64,000 nt of DNA from the human T2T-CHM13v2.0 reference genome, Homo sapiens. Position numbers and translations under genes: made by a program. The stretch's first letter is position 1; each line of letters begins with the position of its first letter. The notes beneath the pieces are model-generated. The model saw only the letters and a list, made by a program, of their open reading frames with translations. It was not told the origin of the DNA and did no database searches. Positions 17,421 to 27,314 of this stretch are shown one piece after another. Where the stretch lies: assembly GCF_009914755.1 (NCBI RefSeq), contig NC_060928.1. One strand, given 5' to 3'.

Positions 17421-19225
17421 TGCTCGTTGACTTTATTGGTGTTTGTCTTGTTTAAATCATTCTGCCTCGTCACCCAGGTCTCGTAAAGAATACCCACACT
17501 GGACAGATTTTATTTTTTCGGCTTTAAATTTTTCTTTGAGGGGAGGCCCTTAAATGTGTATGGATACGTCAGGCGAGCTGAAGACTAAGCAAATCCCAGC
17601 AGCGGCCCTTTCTCTCTTTCGAGATGGTAAAAATTCTCCCCAAATACCTACAGTCCGTCTCAGTCGTCTTAATCCTAGCCGGGCCTCTTCGTTTACAGCC
17701 ACTGAAATAAATGAGTAAATGGCTCAGTTCAAAAACACAACCAGACCTGAGATCTGATGAGGCCGGCTGCGGTGGTCGTGAATGAAAATTGGAGAAGCCT
17801 TGCTTCAGGAAATAGGGACAGTCAAGGGACACAAAGTCAAAAGGAGAGATGGGAAAGCTGGGGACACTTTGGTACACAAAGTTGCCATTAAAGTTTATTT
17901 CCCTTTTATCCAGATAGGTGACGCTACACTTTGCCAGTTACTAAAGGCTGCAGGTTTCTGCTCAGAAAATAATATCGAGGTTTCCAACATGTGTTTATTC
18001 CCCAGGCGCGCACACACGGTCTACCCCCGCAAGCAAGCACGACGACAGGAATGTCAAGCATTTAAACAAAGACAGACATCCTTCACCCTCCACCCACCGC
18101 CGCCCCTGCCCCCCGCAACCATCCAAAGTCTGAGCTCCCAAAAAAGGATCTTTCTCCAGCTCTCTGGAGTTTGATGTTCTCTCTTCACTACTGCAGCCCG
18201 TCATGGTTTTTCAGAACAGAGTGGCTTTCTGGGCGCTCGTAGGTTCCCCAGGACCCCGATAACCATGTCCTAACCAAGATCCTAAATCGCGAACCGGAGA
18301 CACTTTCCGGGGGGAGGAGGACGTCGTCTGAGAGGGAGGGAGAAGGAGAAACCTATCCTGACACCAGCTCCGAAAGCTCTCACGCGTGAACTGGGCATTA
18401 GTCAAGGGAGGAGGAAATTTACCAGCCCGAGGGAGGGAAAACAAGTCCCCCAGAGAAGACGGCGGTACTCGCTAGGGAGGGGGACTGGGCTTTGGCTTAA
18501 AGAGGACTGGCTGGGATTGGGCACACTTTGAGCGGCCCCTGGAGCTGAGGCTGGGCTTTCCCGAGCGCGGCGGCTGGCTGACGCTCCCTCCCGCCTCCTT
18601 ATCCCGGGCCCTCCTCCCTCGCTCTCTCCTAGTGTGTAGTTTCGGCGGCTCGGCTGCTACTGCCGCCGCCGCTGCAGCAGCAGCGTCAGGGACAAGCCTG
18701 ATCCGTGAGCGAGCGAGCACCCAGCAGCAACCACCACTTTGGGCAACTTGCGGGTTTCCTGCTCGCGGGTAGCGAACGGGAGATTCCCACTAGCGGTTCA
18801 GTGTCTCCGAGCCGCTGCAGCCCGAGGGGCGGCGGGAGCGCCCGCACCAGACTCTCCCAGACGCGAAAAGGGACGAGACAACTGCGGAATTCACCAGCCG
18901 TGCCAGGGCACTTCCGAGGCCACAACCGACTGACACTTTTTCTCCCCTTGGCAAACTGGATTTTTTTTTTTAAGCTACTTGGCAGCTGTCTCTGACTCCA
19001 CCTCCCCCTCCACCCCCGCCCGAAAGCCTTTGGCTTTTCTTCGGAAATCCAGACAGAATTGGGCATCTTTGTTAATTGCCGTTGGGGACGCCCGGCCGTG
19101 CGCTTTCGCCGGCTAACGTCGCCTGTGCTCCGAGCCTGGTTTGCTCACCTTTGAACTGCAAAGGGATCAAGTTCAGCTTGAGTTCCCTGCATTGGGAAGG
19201 AGAGAGAGCGTGCAAGAGAGCGAGT

Positions 19226-19306
19226 GGGAGAGGGGGAAAGGGGAAAGGAGAGGAGGGAGGAGAGAGAGGAGGGAGGAGAGAGAAAGGGAGGGAGGGAGGG
19301 GAGGGA
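19226..19306 (+). repeat. 81-nt pure-purine (GA/GGGA) tract in the promoter
   Basis: Uninterrupted A/G run including tandem GGGA units, within a wider GA-rich block at 19194-19331. Confidence 0.9.
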
Positions 19307-19339
19307 TCGAGAGAGAGCGGGGAGAGAGAGGCTGCAATC

Positions 19340-20401
19340 TCCTCCCTGAATCGCGCACAGCGCTGCAGATCCCACTGCTCCGACATGCGGGCCGAATGCA
19401 GGTGAGAAAAGGCACGGACTCTGCGGCTGCGAACCCAAACTTGGGCACCGCACGGTGCGCACTGCTCAGCCTTCGCCCCCGTGGGCGAAAGGCTGCTGCG
19501 GTTTCAGGCGGCTGCTTCGTGACTAATGACCTTGCGCAGAGTTGTTAAGAAAAAAGAGAAACCCGCGCTCTCCGGGGTGAGAAGGGACTGACTCTGGGCG
19601 TCTCTGAAGATGGCTCGGGCTTCTCTTTGGCGCGCCGGGGGGACCCTGACACTGACCGCTCTGTGACGCGAGTAGTCTCCCCTGCACCGTGCCCGAAGCG
19701 ACGTGCCGGGGGATTTTTCATTCTCGATCTGTTGACTGGCTCCCCCGCTGCATGAGCAGAGTCGGAGTTGAGACTGGCTTGTTGCTGGCCCCAGCGCCTG
19801 GTGCAGGAAGCGACTCACGTTTGTCTGGGTGGCCGGAGCCGGAGCAGAGCCTGGGTTTGGAGTGAGTGCCTGGAACGTGAATTGGACTCAACTCGAGTAG
19901 CAGCAAAGACCAGCGGGCTGGCAGGCGGGGGAGGCTGCAGGCTCATTCCCCACCTCTTCCCAGCCCCACTGCCCGTCTGCCGGAGCGGTTCTGGCCCCTT
20001 CCGACAGAGCGGGGACTAGAGCCGGGGATTCTCCGCCCGCTGAGGGGATGACTCTGGGTTGGGGGAGCGCCGAACCCGCGGCGCGCAGTGTCCCGTGAAC
20101 TGTGAGTACTGCGACTGAACGGCGGCAGGCGAGCGGGCGATTAGCACCCATTGCATGAATTATGAAACAATAACTTTCGGAAGAAGCAGGAGGAAAAAAA
20201 GAAGCATCTATCGCTGCCCTCCCACCCCCATTCCCGGCCAACTCTCCACGCCGCTTTTGCCCCCTCCCTCCCCTCCCTCTCGCTCCTTCCTTTCCGGGAG
20301 AGGGGAGAGGACTCGGGGGAGGGCAGGCGGCCGGCCCCGGAGGAGGGGGGCGCCGAGGGGGCTGTGGTTAGAAGGAGCAGTAGCAGCAGCAGCAGGAGAA
20401 G
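19340..20401 (+). other. PCDH7: Probable long GC-rich 5' UTR of PCDH7
   Basis: CpG-dense sequence between the GA-rich tract and the ATG. The TSS position is inferred, not visible. Confidence 0.55.
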
Positions 20402-23400
20402 ATGCTGAGGATGCGGACCGCGGGATGGGCGCGCGGCTGGTGCTTGGGCTGCTGCCTCCTCCTGCCGCTCTCGCTCAGCCTGGCGGCCGCCAAGCAGCTC
20501 CTCCGGTACCGGCTGGCCGAGGAGGGCCCCGCCGACGTCCGCATCGGCAACGTGGCTTCAGACCTGGGCATCGTGACCGGATCGGGTGAGGTGACTTTCA
20601 GCCTGGAGTCCGGTTCCGAGTACCTGAAGATCGACAACCTCACTGGCGAGCTGAGCACGAGCGAGCGGCGCATCGACCGCGAGAAGCTGCCCCAGTGTCA
20701 GATGATCTTCGACGAGAACGAGTGCTTCCTGGACTTCGAGGTGTCGGTGATCGGGCCCTCGCAGAGCTGGGTGGACCTGTTTGAGGGTCAGGTCATCGTG
20801 CTTGACATCAACGACAACACGCCCACCTTCCCGTCGCCCGTGCTCACGCTCACGGTGGAGGAGAATCGGCCGGTGGGCACACTTTACCTGCTGCCCACAG
20901 CCACCGACCGCGACTTCGGCCGCAACGGCATCGAGCGCTACGAGCTGCTCCAGGAGCCCGGAGGCGGCGGCAGCGGCGGCGAGAGCCGGCGCGCCGGGGC
21001 GGCCGACAGCGCCCCCTACCCCGGGGGCGGCGGGAACGGCGCGAGCGGCGGCGGCTCGGGAGGCTCCAAGCGGCGGCTGGACGCATCAGAGGGCGGCGGC
21101 GGCACCAACCCCGGCGGCCGCAGCAGCGTGTTCGAGCTGCAGGTGGCGGACACCCCGGACGGCGAGAAGCAGCCGCAGCTGATCGTGAAGGGGGCGCTGG
21201 ACCGCGAGCAGCGCGACTCCTACGAGCTGACCCTGCGAGTGCGCGACGGCGGCGACCCGCCTCGCTCCTCGCAGGCCATCCTACGGGTCCTCATCACCGA
21301 CGTGAACGACAACAGCCCCCGCTTCGAGAAGAGCGTGTACGAGGCCGACTTGGCTGAGAACAGCGCCCCGGGGACCCCCATCCTGCAACTGCGCGCAGCC
21401 GACTTGGACGTGGGGGTCAACGGGCAGATCGAATACGTGTTCGGGGCGGCCACCGAGTCGGTGAGGCGGCTGCTGCGCCTTGACGAGACGTCCGGCTGGC
21501 TCAGCGTCCTGCACCGGATCGACCGCGAGGAGGTGAACCAGCTGCGCTTCACGGTCATGGCCCGCGACCGCGGGCAGCCCCCCAAGACCGACAAGGCCAC
21601 CGTGGTCCTTAACATCAAAGACGAGAACGACAACGTGCCGTCCATTGAAATCCGCAAGATTGGGCGCATCCCCCTCAAGGACGGGGTGGCCAACGTGGCC
21701 GAGGACGTTCTGGTCGACACCCCCATCGCTCTGGTGCAGGTGTCCGACCGAGACCAAGGCGAGAACGGGGTGGTCACCTGCACCGTGGTGGGCGACGTGC
21801 CCTTCCAGCTCAAGCCAGCCAGCGACACCGAGGGCGACCAGAACAAGAAAAAGTACTTCTTGCACACCTCGACCCCTCTGGACTATGAGGCCACCCGGGA
21901 GTTCAACGTGGTCATCGTGGCGGTGGACTCAGGCAGCCCCAGCCTCTCGAGCAACAACTCCCTGATTGTCAAGGTGGGAGACACCAACGACAACCCGCCC
22001 ATGTTCGGCCAGTCGGTGGTGGAGGTTTACTTCCCTGAGAACAACATCCCGGGCGAGAGGGTGGCCACGGTGCTGGCGACAGACGCAGACAGCGGTAAGA
22101 ACGCCGAGATCGCCTACTCGCTGGACTCCTCTGTGATGGGGATCTTTGCCATCGATCCCGATTCTGGGGACATCCTGGTCAATACCGTGCTGGACCGCGA
22201 GCAGACTGACAGGTATGAGTTTAAAGTTAACGCCAAAGACAAAGGCATCCCCGTGCTGCAGGGCAGCACTACGGTGATTGTGCAGGTGGCTGATAAAAAT
22301 GACAATGACCCTAAGTTTATGCAGGACGTCTTCACCTTTTATGTGAAAGAAAACTTGCAGCCCAACAGCCCTGTGGGGATGGTCACCGTGATGGATGCTG
22401 ACAAGGGGCGGAATGCAGAGATGAGCCTGTACATAGAGGAGAACAATAACATTTTTTCTATTGAAAATGACACGGGGACCATTTACTCCACAATGTCTTT
22501 TGACCGGGAACATCAGACCACATACACTTTCAGAGTCAAGGCTGTGGATGGGGGAGATCCTCCCAGATCTGCCACAGCTACAGTCTCGCTTTTTGTGATG
22601 GATGAAAATGACAATGCTCCCACAGTTACCCTTCCCAAAAACATTTCCTACACTTTACTGCCACCTTCGAGTAATGTCAGGACAGTAGTAGCTACAGTGT
22701 TGGCAACAGACAGTGATGATGGCATCAATGCAGACCTGAACTACAGCATTGTGGGAGGAAATCCCTTCAAGCTGTTTGAAATTGATCCCACTAGTGGTGT
22801 GGTTTCCTTAGTGGGAAAACTCACCCAAAAGCATTATGGCTTGCACAGGTTGGTGGTGCAAGTGAATGACAGTGGGCAGCCTTCCCAGTCCACCACGACT
22901 CTGGTGCACGTGTTTGTCAATGAAAGTGTTTCTAATGCAACTGCGATTGACTCCCAGATAGCTAGAAGTTTGCACATCCCACTCACCCAGGATATAGCTG
23001 GTGACCCAAGCTATGAAATTAGCAAACAGAGACTCAGTATTGTCATTGGCGTGGTTGCTGGCATTATGACGGTGATTCTAATCATCTTAATTGTAGTGAT
23101 GGCAAGGTACTGCAGGTCCAAAAATAAAAATGGCTATGAAGCCGGCAAAAAAGATCACGAAGACTTTTTTACACCCCAACAGCATGACAAATCTAAAAAG
23201 CCTAAAAAGGACAAGAAAAACAAAAAATCTAAGCAGCCTCTCTACAGCAGCATTGTCACTGTGGAGGCTTCTAAGCCAAATGGACAGAGGTATGATAGTG
23301 TCAATGAGAAGCTGTCAGACAGCCCAAGCATGGGGCGATACAGGTCCGTTAATGGTGGGCCCGGCAGTCCTGACCTGGCAAGGCATTACAAATCTAGTTC

Positions 23401-23620
23401 CCCATTGCCTACTGTTCAGCTTCATCCCCAGTCACCAACTGCAGGAAAAAAACACCAGGCCGTACAAGATCTACCACCAGCCAACACATTTGTGGGAGCA
23501 GGAGACAACATTTCAATTGGATCAGATCACTGCTCTGAGTACAGCTGTCAAACCAATAACAAGTACAGCAAACAGGTAAGATGTATCCCAAATATATTTA
23601 AATATCCCAGGGAGGGCTAA
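20402..23620 (+). CDS. PCDH7: Protocadherin-7, large first coding exon; read-through (isoform b-type, 1072 aa) ORF
   Basis: 1072-aa ORF with a signal peptide (MLRMRTAGWARGWCLGCCLLLPLSLSLAAA), seven cadherin repeats (DRE, DxNDNxP, AxDxD motifs), a TM helix (LSIVIGVVAGIMTVILIILIVVMA, ~23033-23104) and a Lys-rich tail. An in-frame TAG at 20381 lies upstream of the ATG. Sequence recognised as PCDH7. Confidence 0.98.
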   Translation: MLRMRTAGWARGWCLGCCLLLPLSLSLAAAKQLLRYRLAEEGPADVRIGNVASDLGIVTGSGEVTFSLESGSEYLKIDNLTGELSTSERRIDREKLPQCQMIFDENECFLDFEVSVIGPSQSWVDLFEGQVIVLDINDNTPTFPSPVLTLTVEENRPVGTLYLLPTATDRDFGRNGIERYELLQEPGGGGSGGESRRAGAADSAPYPGGGGNGASGGGSGGSKRRLDASEGGGGTNPGGRSSVFELQVADTPDGEKQPQLIVKGALDREQRDSYELTLRVRDGGDPPRSSQAILRVLITDVNDNSPRFEKSVYEADLAENSAPGTPILQLRAADLDVGVNGQIEYVFGAATESVRRLLRLDETSGWLSVLHRIDREEVNQLRFTVMARDRGQPPKTDKATVVLNIKDENDNVPSIEIRKIGRIPLKDGVANVAEDVLVDTPIALVQVSDRDQGENGVVTCTVVGDVPFQLKPASDTEGDQNKKKYFLHTSTPLDYEATREFNVVIVAVDSGSPSLSSNNSLIVKVGDTNDNPPMFGQSVVEVYFPENNIPGERVATVLATDADSGKNAEIAYSLDSSVMGIFAIDPDSGDILVNTVLDREQTDRYEFKVNAKDKGIPVLQGSTTVIVQVADKNDNDPKFMQDVFTFYVKENLQPNSPVGMVTVMDADKGRNAEMSLYIEENNNIFSIENDTGTIYSTMSFDREHQTTYTFRVKAVDGGDPPRSATATVSLFVMDENDNAPTVTLPKNISYTLLPPSSNVRTVVATVLATDSDDGINADLNYSIVGGNPFKLFEIDPTSGVVSLVGKLTQKHYGLHRLVVQVNDSGQPSQSTTTLVHVFVNESVSNATAIDSQIARSLHIPLTQDIAGDPSYEISKQRLSIVIGVVAGIMTVILIILIVVMARYCRSKNKNGYEAGKKDHEDFFTPQQHDKSKKPKKDKKNKKSKQPLYSSIVTVEASKPNGQRYDSVNEKLSDSPSMGRYRSVNGGPGSPDLARHYKSSSPLPTVQLHPQSPTAGKKHQAVQDLPPANTFVGAGDNISIGSDHCSEYSCQTNNKYSKQVRCIPNIFKYPREG
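23573..23581 (+). other. PCDH7: 5' splice donor ending the large exon (exon ends 23575)
   Basis: CAG|GTAAGA, near consensus; falls exactly after codon 1058 (phase 0). Confidence 0.95.
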
Positions 23621-26600
23621 TAACTCTGAGACAGATTATCTTCTGTAAAGTTTTGTCTTCTCGTTTTTAAAGTTATTAAAATTTTAACAGTAGGAATTTA
23701 ATGTTAATTTTTGCACCATTAATTTAGCAAAGGCCATCTACAAGAGGTATACCACTGTATTTTGCAAATTAGAATTAAGGTTCACTAAACTACTGAAAGA
23801 AGTATTCAGAGTAGGCAGTGTTTGGCAGTTCTCTTTGCACTTGACATCCCTAATTCATACTACATTTTTTTGTTTCCAGAATAAATATGTGTGTATTACT
23901 TAGATGGTTAGTTTTCACCTGAAATTATTTTCTTCTGTGGCAACTAAGTGGATAATTACATCCAGAGAAAAAGTTTCTAAAGTTACTACTGGTGTCTATG
24001 CAAATTGGATTCCATAGAAGTTTTAGCTATGTTATTTACAATGCAGGATTTTACAGATAAATAGATGCTGATTCATGCAGATGTAGTACTAAGTCTGAGA
24101 TATTGAAATACTGACTACTTTGATGAAACTGCTGGTTTAAAAATATTTACTGATATGCAAATGTCATGCAAAACTCCACTTTCAATCTTTTATATCTATA
24201 ATAATCGATACCTATAACAATTAGTGTTCTATAATGATATGCAATTACCATTTGCATTCTTTCTGTTTGGTATTAAAAGTTTGCAAACAAAAATACATTG
24301 CATGAGCCATTTATTATTTAAGCCAAGTAATGAAAATATTCATGATTGATGTACTGTGTGCAAGACTATTTTGGTATGCATTATGATATATTGAGAATGT
24401 AAAGATTATGTGGAATATTTGACATAATAGTTTCTCAGTGAAATGTGGAAACAGTAAAAAATACATATATTCTGAGGCGGAACTTAAGCAAATCTGAAAT
24501 TTATTTTTGAAAGTTTTCCTCGTGTAATATAGCATCCTCAGAAAGTTTACTTTGTATATCTACCAAAGTTTGCCACACAGCAAACAAGACCTTTTGGAAA
24601 GGACTGTGTCTCATGGTACAGCAACCTCAGCTAATAAAACATTACGTATTTCTTACTGTCAGAACCCATCTCAAGAAACACAGTTATGATTGTCAATCTA
24701 ATTTCTATTAAACATGCTTTGCATGTGGAATGTGGAATCCGAGAAGAATTGAGGCAAAGGAAAAAGTTATTTTATAGCCTCATTGAAGATTATAGTTATA
24801 GAAAGAGATATGAATTCTTAATTGCTTTCATGATTATTGAAATTAGTATTTTAAATAAATATTTTCTGTATATAGTACTTTACTGTAGCTATTCAGATAA
24901 GGAGAAACAGTCTGAATATACTTTTATATCTAATAACAAATGCAATCCAAGAAAACACCAGTTCAAACTACATTTGCATTAAATGGCTTTTGAAAATATG
25001 TCCTTTGGTGTATGTGAATTTGAATTATTTATTTATTTTAAACCAACATTTGACATAGTGGAGTGTTTATATCTGTTGTATTATTGTGTTACATGGAGTG
25101 AGAAGCTGATTTTTGTGTTGTTTTGGTGCTTTTATTGGTGTTGTAAACAAGGAAGATTCTAGCTAAAATGGTAGCACTTTTTACAGATTAAACACTCAAA
25201 AATAAATTGAGATTTGTAGACATTTCTCTAGAAAATAGTAACACCTAATGCAAAGGAGTGTGAAGAGATCTGTCTGCAGAATATTTACACCTCGGTTCTT
25301 ATCCTAATGGTACTTCTGTCCTGTGTCTGGATAGCATTTGCGTTCTAAATTGTGTAATCTTATGCTTTTGAATGGACATATCAAGTGACACTTTTATGGA
25401 TATTTTATGCAAACACTTCATATGTTCTGTGCTGTTACTTAAGCTTCATTTGGCTCATCAGATGAGGTTAGCTCTATATGCTTGAATATTTAAAACAGCT
25501 AATATCAAGACTGTTGGCATCCTGTTTAAAAGGCAAAGTGATATGCTTATAAATAAACTAATATATGGTGTTAGCCTTTTAACTGAGTAAAGAAGTCCAC
25601 ATTCCAAAAGAGAAAACCCTCAAAGCAATTGGAATGAATCACACAGTTTGCCAAAAGTGACTTTGGAAAACTTTTCTGTCATTACATATTCAAAAGAAGT
25701 ATACACTTTTAACCCCAAGTAAATAGCTGACCTAAAATGAAATAAAGGCAGATGAAACACATTCCCCTTAATGTAATTAGTAATAGTAATTGATATGTTT
25801 CATCTCCTCAATATTGCTGTCAGGGGACAAGGGATCCATTTACAAAGTTACATTCCGTTTTGACATCTGACATAAATGGGATCCTTTTTGTTCTGCTTTT
25901 TGTTTGTGCCATAAGTAGACAATTTCCTATTTTTATTTTTAAAATATATGACCTTTAATTTTTACAGAACTGCCAAAATATATTTTCTTTGATTAAACCT
26001 GATGTTATAAAAGAAAAAAAGAGAATTCAGGGTTTCGCGGGAATTTCCTTCTTTTGATAAATGGATTTATCTAAGGTAAAACTAGACTGTTGTATTCTTT
26101 CAATTCCATACAGCAGGGTCTAATTTAAAAATTGAGATTTCATTTTACATTCATTTTATTTATAGTTTTCCTGAATTGCCTTATTGCAGTTATTTATTTG
26201 TGAAAAAATTAAAGTGATGTTTCTTAAGAGTGTTCTTATCTTCATGAAAATTAGACATTTTAAAGTGTTGAACCTAAGTCCTGTTGTTTTCATTATAATA
26301 GGTTAAACAGCTTTGTAGAAATGAAAGTTTGTAAATAATACTCTCCCTTAACTGCTTACTTTTTGTTTTGTTTACATAGACTTGAGAGCCATTCAAATCA
26401 AGCTTCTATGGCAGACTCTAGGAAATGTGTGTGGTAGAGTTGCTGGAATTATTTCCGAAATTCACACTTTAGAAAAACTCACTGATGATGTAGCCCAAAT
26501 TTTCATAGTTCATACCTTTGCATTTCAAACAAAAGCCTTTGCTCTCAGCTAAATAATGTGTTTAGCTGAGCAAAATGTGGATCATTGACAGCATGATTGA

Positions 26601-27224
26601 GATTAAGTATCCACCTTTCTGTTTCATTCTTCCTTGGTAAACCTGGTCTTGGTAGTTGTTAAACTTTTGTGAACTAGAAGTACAACTGTGTTTTTCATTC
26701 ATAACATAAAGGCATACGCATTCTATTTTTCTGTTTATTTTTAAGTCTCTGGTATTTTACTATGTGCTAAGCATTTTTCAATTTTCTTTTAAAATAATGT
26801 AATCCCCCCAAAGAGTGATAGTATGAAAAGTACAGTTACTATTTTGCTTATTATTCTTGAATTCTATTGAGCTTATCCTTGATAGGCTGTTATTTAGATA
26901 ATGCACTTACAAGTAAAAATTTTATTGTATTTAGTAAATGGAAAGTAAGGTAATTTATTTTTGGCAAGAGCTTAGTTTGAATAAACATCCATTTTAAAAT
27001 CCACTTGCAGCTGATCCTGAAATACAAAAAATTTACATTAACTTCAGTGACAGTTTCAGTTTGTCTTCATAATGTTCTCTTTAGTGATCGAATTATGTTC
27101 AATATATTCATTGTATACCTAGTGAAAAAATTTGGGAGAATTTTTTAATTGCTTCAATTTTGGAAGCAAATGGTTGACTTGCTGTCATCTATTAAGCAAT
27201 AAGAAAACTAAATGTCAATTCATT

Positions 27225-27256
27225 TGTGTGTGTGTGTGTGTGTATACATACATATG

Positions 27257-27301
<45 letters not shown>

Positions 27302-27314
27302 CATATATATATAT
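27225..27314. repeat. Compound microsatellite (TG)n(TA)n(GA)n(TA)n
   Basis: Directly visible. Confidence 0.95.

Larger units (their letters stand above)
18450..22200. promoter_or_regulatory. CpG island covering the promoter, 5' UTR and 5' half of the coding exon
   Basis: Very high GC and CpG density compared with CpG-depleted flanks. Confidence 0.9.

Noticed and set aside
20368-22513. Long antisense and off-frame ORFs over the PCDH7 CDS
   Set aside because: Shadows of high-GC3 coding sequence.
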